Made by a program: the position numbers and the translations under genes
DNA from: Prochloron didemni P4-Papua_New_Guinea
GTDB taxonomy: Bacteria > Cyanobacteriota > Cyanobacteriia > Cyanobacteriales > Prochloraceae
Direction of reading: 5' to 3'
Assembly (NCBI GenBank): GCA_000252485.1
Contig: JH610785.1
Location: forward strand, 164 to 64,163
DNA: 64,000 nt
Shown here: one piece after another, positions 45,580 to 55,212 of the stretch
Layout of the letters: each line of letters starts with the position of its first letter
How positions within the stretch are numbered: position 1 is the first letter of the stretch
Notes under the pieces: model-generated
Seen by the model: only the letters and a program-made list of their open reading frames with translations
The model's database searches: none
What the model was told of the DNA's origin: nothing

Positions 45580-47243
45580 CCTGGGGGGGCGACAAGTCGC
45601 CCAAAACCCCACCAATACAAAGGTTTAAAGCATTAAGCTGCGGTCAAAATGTTGAATCTTATTGAGAATACAGTAGAATGATTATCATTCTTGTTAAGTT
45701 AGAAAATTTGACACAAGCTCTTTTTGGAAGGTCGATATTCTGAATCCAATGCTGGTACCATTGAGTGTGGATTAACTCAATTTTCATTCGGAAAATATTA
45801 GTAAATTTTGGCGAAAAAATTAACCCAAAGGAGGTAATAAAGTGTTATGATTTAGTTTTAATAAACTTCTCTTATTAACTCAAAAGCTCTTTCTCCTTGA
45901 CGATAAAAAGAAAGTTTATGAGGATTAAGCTTTTTGAATTGATTGACTAAATCTTCACAAAATTCATAGGCTAAAGTCCAAAGAAAACCATAAAGGCCTA
46001 CCCAAAAATTGCTATGACGTTGTTGATTTCTTTCTATCTCTTTGAGACGATTAATATATCTTTGCTGTCCCATCTGTCTAACTTTTTGACCGTGAAAAAC
46101 TGACATAGTATAGGCAAGCGCTATTAACATAACTAAACGAGTTAAACGTTCTGTTGAAGCTTGAGAACTCTCTAAATTATAACCTCCACTTTTACAATCT
46201 TTAAACATTGCTTCTATCCCACTTCTTTGAGAAAAAGCAGCTAAAGCAGATTCTAGAGAGTCCAAATTAGTTAAAATATACCAAGCTTGTTTATGAGATT
46301 TTACTCTATACTTTCTTTGACCGTATGCGGCCAAATTAAATTGACCAAATCCCTTTTCTTTCGTGATTGTAATTTTCTGGAGAAATAATTTTTTTCCTGG
46401 AGACAAACCCATTGATTTCAAAGGTTTTAGTTTACTTTTTCCTCTTTTTATATAGATATCTTCTTTGACACGAATAGCAAAATATATTTGCTGTTTTTTA
46501 AACCAGTAAGCTAATTCTACACTCCGAAATTCTCTATCTCCTACAATTATAATTTTCCAATTTTTTAGCAATTTAATAACTGGATCATTACAGCAATTTG
46601 TTCTTTTAGATCGCTGCTACCTTTCTTGGATAAAAATTGCCAATATATTGGCAATGCTCTTTTTTTCCATATTACTGAAACCATAAAAAGATTTCGATTT
46701 TTCCATTGAGTTCTATCTAGAGCAACAATTAAATTTTGTTTTTCTGGAATTTGAGTTAATAAAATTTCTTTAATCAGCGGCAACCAAATTAAAGAAACGC
46801 TTAATAAATCTGAAATTAGTAACCTTTGTAAGTTACGACGACGACTTTCATATTTTATCGGCAAAGGAACACAAGCAGCCAGTCTTTCTATTTTTACAGT
46901 TTTTTGTACTTGAAGCAACCAAACTAATAGTGTAACTGTAATTAGTTGAGATTTTTTTAAGTAGCGCTCCAGATGTTTATGATAGACTTCAGGTAATATC
47001 ATTTTTAAAAGCGGTCTTCTTTATTTTTCAAGACTGCTTCTTTTTACCACAAATTGCACTCAAAATTACCCAAAAAAGTTTTTTCCGTCTTCAATTGATT
47101 TTCTACTCCAGAACTGGGATGAGATAATCACGATTATCATTATCACCAGCTTCATTCTCAATAAGCAAATGATTTTTTCCGACAGCTCAATGTCTGAAAC
47201 CATTTGAATGTATGAGTTTGGGGTGACTTGTCACCCCATGAGG
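45580..47243 (-). mobile_element. IS4-family insertion sequence (~1.66 kb) with long imperfect terminal inverted repeats
   Basis: The left end CCTGGGGGGGCGACAAGTCGCCCAAAAC.. aligns with the reverse complement of the right end ..CCTCATGGGGTGACAAGTCACCCCAAAC.. over roughly 95 bp. This includes CTTATTGAGAAT on both sides. Confidence 0.7.
45858..47002 (-). pseudogene. IS4-family DDE transposase split into two ORFs by a -1 frame break near 46565-46571
   Basis: D (ALDRTQW), D (IVGDREF) and the YREK-type block RSGIEAMFKDCK. ORFs 46565-47002 and 45858-46571 overlap at CTAAAAAATTGG. Confidence 0.7.
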
Positions 47244-47343
47244 TATTTCATATGAGATATTATTCAATTGCTCTTGAGTAGACGAAATGAATAAGGTTGT
47301 GGTGGGCGATGCCCACCCTACAATTCTGTTTTAGTGTTAATTA

Positions 47344-48870
47344 TCAAGACTCCAAAGGAGATAAATCTAAAGCTTCAAAACTCCGGAAAAACTCCAACAA
47401 TCCCTTGGCAATTTTCCCCACTCCCCCAGCAACATTAGACTCAATATTTAAAGGAATCACTGGGTCGTGAAGGGACAACCGCAACAAAAACCAACCATCT
47501 TCTTCTGGAGATTGACAAGCAACTCGGACCCCTTCATAATTATTAGGAACCAAATCCCAACCTGTCTCAGCTGCAGCAAATTCTTTTAACTTCTCAATTA
47601 CCGTATTCCCGTAAGCTTTGAAATCCTCAACCCCAATTTTCAAGCGAAATTCCTGGCTTTCTTCCGGTTCTTTCAATTTAGCAATTAACTCAGATATCTC
47701 TTTCCCTGCCAACTTGGATTTAGCCAACTCTACTAACAGTTTAGTCACTAAATAAGCACCGTCATCGAGAAAATAATTCTCCTTCATGGCTCCGTGACCC
47801 GATGTTTCAATGGCCAACCAAGATTCTTCTCCCGCTTGATTTAACCGCACCGACTCGTTAATGACGTTTTTATAACCCCGTTTGAAGCGATGATGCTTTC
47901 CTCCTAAATCTTCCTGGATAAATTGAGTCAAACCATCGGATGTAATAGAATCAGTAACGATAGTAGAACCGGGATGTTCTTGCAAGACAATAGCAGCAAT
48001 CAGGGCAATTAAACGATTGCGATTCAGTTCTTTCCCGGAACTATCCACTGCCGCACCTCGGTCTACATCCGTATCAAAAATAATCCCAAAATCTGCTTGA
48101 TTATCCACAACTGCTTGACAAATAGAAGCCATTGCTTCTTTATTTTCCGGGTTGGGAATGTGGTTGGGAAAGGTACCATCTGGTTCCAGAAACTGACTCC
48201 CGGTAATATCCGCACCCAAGGGTTTGAGAACGCGATCGCCGTAAAATCCCCCCGCTCCATTTCCCGCATCTAGAATTATTTTCAACCCTTGTAAAGGTTG
48301 CTGGAAATTATCGGGGTGATTTACACTTTCTCGTACTTTTTTCACCAAGCCTTCGGCATAAATAGAGATAAAATCCCGCTTTTCAATTTTGCCAATTTCA
48401 GCAACCTTATCAAAATCATTCTGTTCTGCTAAAGTTAGAATATCCGTAATATCTTGTTTATTCAAACCACCTTGAGGAGTAAAAAATTTCAAGCCATTGC
48501 GATTGAAAGGTAAATGACTGGCAGTGAGCATGATGGCTCCATCGCAATCAAATCCAGGAGTAACCGTACTCACAAACATGGCAGGAGTGGAAGCCATGTC
48601 AAAATCGTAAACTAAACAACCTAATGCACTCATTCCTTCCATCACAGCCTCCATTAAAGCAGGACCGGATAAACGACTATCTCTACCTACAGAAATGGTT
48701 AATTCAGAAGTTGGTTTGGCCGCTTTTTCCCTCAACCACATAGCAAAAGCTTTTCCCAGTTTACTAACTACTTCAGAAGTTAAATTAACCTCTTCATTGG
48801 CAATACCTTCTAAGGCTACTCCACGGATATCCGAACCATTTTGTAATTTTTTCCAGTTAAAATCGCTCAT
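47344..48870 (-). CDS. phosphomannomutase/phosphoglucomutase (alpha-D-phosphohexomutase family)
   Basis: Active-site loop MLTASHLPFNRNG, metal loop FDTDVDR and sugar-binding ETSGH. Confidence 0.85.
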   Translation of the reverse strand: MSDFNWKKLQNGSDIRGVALEGIANEEVNLTSEVVSKLGKAFAMWLREKAAKPTSELTISVGRDSRLSGPALMEAVMEGMSALGCLVYDFDMASTPAMFVSTVTPGFDCDGAIMLTASHLPFNRNGLKFFTPQGGLNKQDITDILTLAEQNDFDKVAEIGKIEKRDFISIYAEGLVKKVRESVNHPDNFQQPLQGLKIILDAGNGAGGFYGDRVLKPLGADITGSQFLEPDGTFPNHIPNPENKEAMASICQAVVDNQADFGIIFDTDVDRGAAVDSSGKELNRNRLIALIAAIVLQEHPGSTIVTDSITSDGLTQFIQEDLGGKHHRFKRGYKNVINESVRLNQAGEESWLAIETSGHGAMKENYFLDDGAYLVTKLLVELAKSKLAGKEISELIAKLKEPEESQEFRLKIGVEDFKAYGNTVIEKLKEFAAAETGWDLVPNNYEGVRVACQSPEEDGWFLLRLSLHDPVIPLNIESNVAGGVGKIAKGLLEFFRSFEALDLSPLES

Positions 48871-49000
48871 TGTAGTGAGTTTAATAATTCAAGGTTTGGT
48901 TGATGTCTGGAGCTATTATAACAATGAATAACTCTATAAGAGATCAAGAAAATTTTCTAACGCAGTATCTGCCTCTTGGTGGGCAGTGCCGCACCCTACG

Positions 49001-49105
49001 TATAGCGCTACGCGCAATTCAAAATTCAAAATTCAAAATTCAAAAATAGGCTATGACTAGGTTTTAGGCTTTATTAATGTCCTAACCTAAATGCGTAGTG
49101 CTATA
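49001..49105. repeat. 105-bp MITE-like element with terminal inverted repeats TATAGCGCTACGCG / TGCGTAGTGCTATA and an internal (CAAAATT)n tract
   Basis: Second copy at 51042-51146 in the same orientation. Confidence 0.8.
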
Positions 49106-49234
49106 TCAGCTTTTCCTACTCCATGGGAATATATAGATAAATTGTAACTAATTATACAAATTACTGAAAAATGTTACAATATTATTTGTTAAGATCCTAA
49201 ATGCTCTATCGCCTTTTTTTAAAGTAAGCGAAAG

Positions 49235-50008
49235 TTGAAAACTTTGATTAATTCTCTTCCCGGTATCGTCTTTTATTGCACTTACGATGCCAATTTAACG
49301 ATAAAACATATCAGTGAAGGTTGTTGCCAGATAACTGGTTATTCACCTCAAGAACTGCTAGAAATTAATTATAACCAGATTATTCATGGAGAAGATTTCC
49401 CCAGATTGTTAGAGAAAATTAAAAGGGCGATCGCCCTGGAACAAAGCTACGCAGTAGAATATCGCATCCAGACTAAAAGCGGAGAGGAAAAATGGGTCTG
49501 GGAAAAGGGAAGTGCTGTCTATCAAGAAAATGGGGAAATAGATGGTATTGAAGGTTTTATTACTGACATTACCAAACTGAAGCAAGCAGAAAATTTGCTT
49601 GCTGCTCAAAACCAAATTCTGGAAAAAATTGCTAGCAATGCTCCTCTAAAAGAGATCTTAACAGCAATTATCGGCAAAATTGAACAGGAATCTTCCCGCA
49701 TGTTGGCTGCAATTTGGTTGCTAGATCAAGATAGGAAGAAATTGTATAATGGTGCTGCTCCCAGCCTTCCTGACAGCTACGTAACGAAAATAAATGGTCT
49801 TGGCAGCGATCCAACTTTAAGCCCTTGTGGTCTGGCCATTAATAGCTTGGCGAAAGTTATAGTTAAGGATATTGCTAAAGACCCAGAAGCCATTGCTTAT
49901 CGAGATTTTGCTTTGAGTCACGGTATTGAGAGCTGCTGGTCTACGCCAATTTTTTCGTCATCACCTTTGTACAAAGCGAAAGGGGCATTTTTATTATTGA
50001 CCTCTTAA
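49235..50008 (+). CDS. truncated PAS-GAF sensor fragment (probable gene remnant)
   Basis: PAS block LPGIVFYC......I.HISEGC.QITGY.PQEL...Y..IIH.ED, then a GAF-like part that stops abruptly. The last 15 codons (SPLYKAKGAFLLLTS) are encoded by a dispersed repeat also seen at 56715-56770 and 62447-62528. TTG start. Confidence 0.5.
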   Translation: MKTLINSLPGIVFYCTYDANLTIKHISEGCCQITGYSPQELLEINYNQIIHGEDFPRLLEKIKRAIALEQSYAVEYRIQTKSGEEKWVWEKGSAVYQENGEIDGIEGFITDITKLKQAENLLAAQNQILEKIASNAPLKEILTAIIGKIEQESSRMLAAIWLLDQDRKKLYNGAAPSLPDSYVTKINGLGSDPTLSPCGLAINSLAKVIVKDIAKDPEAIAYRDFALSHGIESCWSTPIFSSSPLYKAKGAFLLLTS

Positions 50009-50053
50009 TTGTTCATTGTTAATTGTTAATTGCTCATTGCTATAGATTTGATA

Positions 50054-50941
50054 TTAACTAATGGCCCACAAAACTAGAGGTAAAGTCAAAAAAGACAATA
50101 AAGTAGAACCTACCACAACCCTAACAGTCCGAGGAGGATCCCCTCCATATTCATTAGCAATTAAAAAAGTAACAATAGCAGCAGGCATGGCACTTTGTAA
50201 CACCAATACTTGTAAATCTAAAGTTGCCAAATTAAGAACTTTTCCTACTATATAAGCTATTGCAGCTCCCCCTAACAAACGGAGCAAACTAGCAGCAGCT
50301 TCATATAAATTAATACTCCAAGCACTGCGGGAAATTTCTATTCCTAAAATTAACATAGCAACAGGAATGGCAGCTTGGGCAAGAATGTGTAGACCAGCAT
50401 CTAATTTCAAGGGCAAGGACTCCCCAAACAAGCGCAAACTGAAACCTATTGGTATGGCCCAAAGTAAAGGCATTTTCACCGTTGAACTAACTCCAGTGCG
50501 AAAATCTCCTCCTTTGAGAAAAGCAGGCATGGTGGAAAATAATAAGATGTTAGTAATTAACAAATAAACTATCCCTCTGTCTAATCCTGTTTCTCCAAAA
50601 GCAAACAAGACGATAGAAAGACCCATATTGCCGCAGTTAGGCATGGTAGTAGTTAACACCAGGCTTTTTTGCACTTCCACGGGTAAACCCAGTTGCCGTC
50701 CCAAGACCAAAGCGATGATAAACATGAGAAAACAGGTAACGATACATCCGGCAATAATCCCGGCAGCATGATCTAAACTGAGGGGAGTACGATACATGCT
50801 TTCCGTAATTAATGCTGGGAATAAAACGTAGATGGAAAGGCGAGAGATAGTAGGTAAGTCCAGCGGCAGGATTTTTCCCGCTCCGAAACCGATCGCCACT
50901 ATGGCAAAAACGGGAATAACAGAAGAAATAATTGCAATCAT
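50054..50941 (-). CDS. AEC (auxin efflux carrier) family transporter
   Basis: 295-aa polytopic membrane protein with the typical two-half AEC pattern (..MPNCGNMG.., ..SAMPAAI..). Confidence 0.75.
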   Translation of the reverse strand: MIAIISSVIPVFAIVAIGFGAGKILPLDLPTISRLSIYVLFPALITESMYRTPLSLDHAAGIIAGCIVTCFLMFIIALVLGRQLGLPVEVQKSLVLTTTMPNCGNMGLSIVLFAFGETGLDRGIVYLLITNILLFSTMPAFLKGGDFRTGVSSTVKMPLLWAIPIGFSLRLFGESLPLKLDAGLHILAQAAIPVAMLILGIEISRSAWSINLYEAAASLLRLLGGAAIAYIVGKVLNLATLDLQVLVLQSAMPAAIVTFLIANEYGGDPPRTVRVVVGSTLLSFLTLPLVLWAIS

Positions 50942-51041
50942 ATATTCAGTGACTGGTGACCAGTGACCAGTTATTAATTATCAAGATTTGGTCCTCAGCG
51001 CCTTGGGTAATGCTATATTTCCATATTAATCCCCGAAGTAA

Positions 51042-51146
51042 TATAGCGCTACGCGCAATTCAAAATTCAAAATTCAAAATTCATTCAGAGGCTATGACTA
51101 GGTTTCTGGCTTTATTAATGTCCTAACCTAAATGCGTAGTGCTATA
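51042..51146. repeat. 105-bp MITE-like element, copy 2
   Basis: Aligns with 49001-49105. Confidence 0.8.
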
Positions 51147-51188
51147 CAACCGTCCAAAAATAAAGGCTGCTTCTAGGGTTTTCGGAAA

Positions 51189-51315
51189 GTTGTTCATGGT
51201 TGGCTATCTACACTATCGATATAGTTTTAGGGCAAAGAAAAAAAGGTTATATCATCTGCTGCGCCGTAACGCACCAGCCGAGATTTAGCTGGAGTTATAT
51301 TTTAGTTTCTGAACT
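51189..51315. repeat. solo copy of the terminal unit of the 111-bp satellite (direct repeat of 55681-55809)
   Basis: GTTGT(T/C)(C/T)ATGGTTGGCTATCTAC(A/T)CTATCGATATAGTTTTAGGGCA...GCCGAGATTTAGCTGGAGTTATATTTTAGTTTCTGAACT occurs at both places. Confidence 0.85.
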
Positions 51316-51369
51316 GTTATTGCTAAAATTGTTGTTTTCATTGTTCATTGTTGATTATCAATTACTTAA

Positions 51370-52394
51370 TCAAAAGCGAGCTAATAAATCTTCTCGGGAC
51401 GATTGGAGTAATAAAGGAGTAAATTCTTCCGGAGATAATGCTGTTAATGGCTCAATAATCCTGGAAATTTCCTCATCAATAGAACCAAAGCGAATTCTCA
51501 GTAGGCTTTCGATAGTAACACGACGTTCTCCTTGCTTTCCTCGTTCAATCCCCTGTTCCATACCTTGTTCCATACCTAGTTCCATCCCCTGTTCCATACC
51601 TCGTTCAATTCCTTGTTCTAGACCTTGTTTAATACCTTGTTCTAGACCTTGCTTAGTAGCATTTTCCAATTTTTCTAGATAAATAGTAGATAACTGCATA
51701 ACCAACTCCTTATCTTCTTGGTCTAATTGTTGTTTTTGTCTTGCGAACAATGAGATAGCATCTCATAAACTAATTCTAGTGCATTATTTCGCAGGGTACT
51801 TTCCAAAGGTAAAGATTTTAGTTCTTTAATTGCCTTTTCTTGAACCTTTCCCCTGCCCAAGATTCTCAACCAGAGAGTTTCTGGGGTATCAGGTAGTTGA
51901 TGAACTGCAATAACTCTCGCTTGCAGCATATCTGGCAGCAAGTAAACCCCTTTGGAATAGTTTTCTTCATCAGTAACTGCACAGGAGCGTTTGATTAATT
52001 CCTCGGAAAATGTGGGCGAGATAATCCAGAGAAATGGTAATTCTGTTTCTGAGATTGTTTTCTTTTTTCGCTTTGCTTCCCTTTCCATTTTATCACGAAA
52101 GTTACTTAATTTGCAGCAACAATTGACAATTTCTTTGGGACTGACTGCATTGCGAAATGGTTCAAACAAAGCAGAGCTGGCGGCTAGTTTTGCAGCCATT
52201 GTCATGGTGGGATTATTTGCTGGAGTTTTTCCCTTAGCCCTTCGACGACCCTCTGGGCTAGCAATGAATAAGACATCAGCCTGTTTTACTTCTGCTGCAA
52301 TGTCAACGCTGGTTTTAACTTCTCCTTCTCCGAAGAAGGCTAACAGTTCTGCCAGGTATTTTTTGGCGAATTGGTCATGTATGAAACGGGTCAT
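51370..52394 (-). pseudogene. Rpn-like / DUF4351-type protein gene, apparently split by a frameshift near 51723-51750
   Basis: N-terminal MTRFIHDQFAKKYLAELL...GEV..S......V.QADVLF is typical of a cyanobacterial putative-nuclease family. The second ORF carries (EQG.xxG)n repeats and a ..SLLRIRFG.IDEE......L..LSPEEF..LLL C-terminus. The two ORFs overlap by 28 nt. Confidence 0.45.
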
Positions 52395-52521
52395 TTTTCT
52401 TGGTTATTTGTTGTTTGTTGTTTGTTGTTTGTTGTTTGTTGTTTGTTGTTTGTTGTTTGTTGTTTGTTGTTTGTTGTTTGTTGTTTGTTATTTGTTGTTT
52501 GTTGTTTGTTGTTTGTTCACT
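52395..52521. repeat. tandem heptamer array (TTGTTTG)n, ~17 copies
   Basis: Read directly. Lies between the Rpn-like start codon and the intron 3' end. Confidence 0.95.
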
Positions 52522-52582
52522 GTAAAGAGGATTTCTCCGCTATCGGGTAAGTCAGCGGAGTTTCCCCCGCTTCGTCCCCTTA

Positions 52583-52616
52583 GAACCGTACAAGCAAGTC
52601 TCCCTGCATACGGCTC
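52583..52616 (-). ncRNA. group II intron domain V
   Basis: GAGCCGTATGCAGGGAGACTTGCTTGTACGGTTC: AGC triad, lower stem GAGCCGUAU/GUACGGUUC, a 2-nt bulge region and a GAGA (GNRA) tetraloop. Confidence 0.8.
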
Positions 52617-52627
52617 AACCAATTCCT

Positions 52628-54481
52628 TTAAGACTCAGTTATGTTCGCTACTTCTTTCCCATTCTTGCGGGTTTGTACCTTTTGGCTTTTGTTCCGCTTT
52701 CTGGAGGGTTTTGTTTTCCCGGCTCTCAATAATGACTGTATGTCAGGATTAGTAGCACCCAAGGCGTGTATGGACTGGTGGCAATCCTCGTGGAGGTATA
52801 TGAGATTATCAAATGTGTCTTTTCCACCAAGGTGTCTAGGTTGTATGTGATGAACGTGTAATCCATCTTTCTTACCCAGATTTTGTTTGCACCATGGGCA
52901 TTTATAATTTTGCCATGCTGCTAATTTATCCTTCCCTTTTGAGTATCTACCCATCGCTGTTGCTTCTTCATTTTTAGCAATGCGCTTTTCCCAGTATTCC
53001 TTTAATTGAGGGTCATCGGGACTGTTCTTGTATGCAACCAGCGTGTGACGTTGAATAGGTATCCAGGAAAGTTTTTCTACGTAAAGATGCTCTTTGTCTT
53101 TATCTCCAAACACCCATTTGTCTTTCCGGACTGGGCATAAACACCCGAAATATTTCTCCACGACCCACTCTTTTGACTTCTTAGGGTGTGTTCTCTTACC
53201 CCATTTCATCAGTTTCCACCAGATGTAACTATCTAGTTCGGAGAAGGTTTCTTTCGCAGCTACCCCCCGGTGATAGTTCCCCCACCCTCTAATCTTCGGG
53301 TTTAAGTCCCTTATCACCCTGGCGGCTGATGACCCTTTGAAACTTTTGAACAATTCCTTCAAACTTTCTTTGAATTTCCTTATGTTTTTCTCAGAGGGTT
53401 TGATAAGGGTGACCATGCCTGTTTTACGACTGGTAGTTTTGTATTTCCGAAAGTTCCATCCAAGAAAGTCAAAACCCTCTTTGAGGTGTCTGATTCTTGT
53501 TTTTTCTTCAGACAGTGCTAGTCCTTTCTCAGATAACCATTCCTCAATGATTGTCTTAGCTATCTCCGCATCTTCCTTGCTCTCCGTTAGGATCACAAAG
53601 TCATCAGCATAGCGAACCAGCGAGCGGCTACTGAGATTAGCCCAGAAGCCCCCGTCCTTATTTCGGGAATCTTTGTTCCATTTGTATTGAATCCCTAGGG
53701 CTTCTTCCATACCATGTAAGGCAATGTTAGCCAGTAGTGGGCTAATTATACCTCCCTGTCCTCGGCCAGCTTCAGTATCGTAGAATACATCCTTATGAAC
53801 GTATCCCGCTTTCAGCCATTGTTCCACTAGTTTCTTAGCGGGGAATTTTCCTATACTTTCCATTAGTGGTTTATGTGCTATATTGTCGAAACATCCTGAG
53901 ATGTCCGCGTCAAGCACCCACCATTTACGGTTGTTTTCTCCCCTAATGTTCAGGAATATCCTTTGTCTCGCGTCATGGGTACTTCTGCCGGGCCTGAAAC
54001 CGTATGAGGTGGCTTCAAATTGGGCTTCCCATTGAGGCTCTAATGCATTTTTGACCATGCCTTGTATGCATCGGTCAATCATGCTAGGTATTCCCAGGGG
54101 TCTTTTTTTCCCGTTGGTTTTTGGGATGTATACTCGTCGTGTTGGTATGGGTTTCCAGCATTTGTATTCTGTTAGGGCATCGACGACCCTGCCCCTGGCT
54201 TGTGGACCTAGTCTAGCCACTTTGTCAGTACCGGGGGTATTTTTACCTTTATTTAGCTGTGCTGCCTGCCTTACGGATATGAGTCTATTGGAGTAACTCT
54301 TGAGCATCAATTTTTGTAGGTTTTTCACCTTTTTCCATTCGGCGAACTGAGTCGCTCGGAAAATCCTTAATCTCAATTTCTCTACTTGCCGATAGGCTTT
54401 TGGCCAGTTGACTTTATGCCAATCGGTAGTTTGTTTTGTTACGATATCGTTCCTTTTTGGGTTCGATTCTATCTTTTCCAT
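52628..54481 (-). CDS. group II intron reverse transcriptase/maturase with C-terminal HNH endonuclease
   Basis: RT blocks (..RRVYIPKTNGKKRPLGIPS.., ..YADDFVIL..), a maturase X region (..RGWGNYH..) and HNH (CPWC...HVHHIQPRHLGGKDTFDNLIYLHEDCHQSIH). Confidence 0.9.
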   Translation of the reverse strand: MEKIESNPKRNDIVTKQTTDWHKVNWPKAYRQVEKLRLRIFRATQFAEWKKVKNLQKLMLKSYSNRLISVRQAAQLNKGKNTPGTDKVARLGPQARGRVVDALTEYKCWKPIPTRRVYIPKTNGKKRPLGIPSMIDRCIQGMVKNALEPQWEAQFEATSYGFRPGRSTHDARQRIFLNIRGENNRKWWVLDADISGCFDNIAHKPLMESIGKFPAKKLVEQWLKAGYVHKDVFYDTEAGRGQGGIISPLLANIALHGMEEALGIQYKWNKDSRNKDGGFWANLSSRSLVRYADDFVILTESKEDAEIAKTIIEEWLSEKGLALSEEKTRIRHLKEGFDFLGWNFRKYKTTSRKTGMVTLIKPSEKNIRKFKESLKELFKSFKGSSAARVIRDLNPKIRGWGNYHRGVAAKETFSELDSYIWWKLMKWGKRTHPKKSKEWVVEKYFGCLCPVRKDKWVFGDKDKEHLYVEKLSWIPIQRHTLVAYKNSPDDPQLKEYWEKRIAKNEEATAMGRYSKGKDKLAAWQNYKCPWCKQNLGKKDGLHVHHIQPRHLGGKDTFDNLIYLHEDCHQSIHALGATNPDIQSLLRAGKTKPSRKRNKSQKVQTRKNGKEVANITES

Positions 54482-55212
54482 TACAATTAAAGGATTGGAT
54501 TTTGGATTCCTGGCTCGGAATCAGCTACCGAAAGTTGGCACTCTTTCGAGTCGGGGAATTTCCCTATCCAGCCACTTATAACAGGTTGTCTTTCGTGTTG
54601 CTTCTCAGCGTGCTGGCCTTCGCTTTTTTCGGTTATCTTCTACCGGACTAAGAGTTATACCTGGCCTTGCGGTTTGGCTACCTGCTCCTATCGACCTAGG
54701 GAGTGGACTCAATCCGGTTTACCCGGTTACACATGAAGAAGATACGAATCTAAGGCCACCGTCTATACGCCAAGTTCTTGGGGTTCTACTGATTTGTCAG
54801 GTCAGTAATCGACTATCCGTCCAAGACCGAATTAGTCCTTGAACTCTTACATCCATTACCGCTTTATCGGATGTATCTATAGTTGTGACGCTTACAACGA
54901 TTCCTTTCGTTGACCTTTAGATTCTACCCCTAACGATGCCTTCCTTCACGGCATTCAGGTTGGCTTACGCATCCCCTCTAGCTATGATACAACCTGGTTC
55001 GGGAATCACGACAGTCTTTGTTCGGTTATCCGTACAAGTCATTCCTAGAATTTCTTGTTTAGGAGCCCGTTTTGGACCATTTTGTCCATCCCAAGATGCA
55101 CCTTCGGGTGGGGTCAGGCTTTGAACCCTAAGCCTTTGCTGGAGTCGGTTCCAGACTTCCTCAAGCGCCTCTCGGTCGCCCCTCAGACACTATAATACCA
55201 TATTTGTCGCTC

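Larger units (their letters stand above)
52522..55212 (-). mobile_element. group II intron (~2.7 kb) with intron-encoded protein; 5' boundary approximate
   Basis: Domain V at 52583-52616, a DVI-like hairpin ending ..CCTCTTTAC at 52522, an RT ORF in domain IV and ~730 nt of 5' ribozyme sequence. The best 5' candidate is GAGCG at 55212, which is not the canonical GUGYG. Confidence 0.8.

Noticed and set aside
46560-46580. Programmed -1 frameshift at the A6 run in the IS4 transposase
   Set aside because: The 0-frame stop (TAA) precedes the A-run, and there is no X-XXY-YYZ heptamer in the right phase. IS4-family transposases are normally single ORFs.
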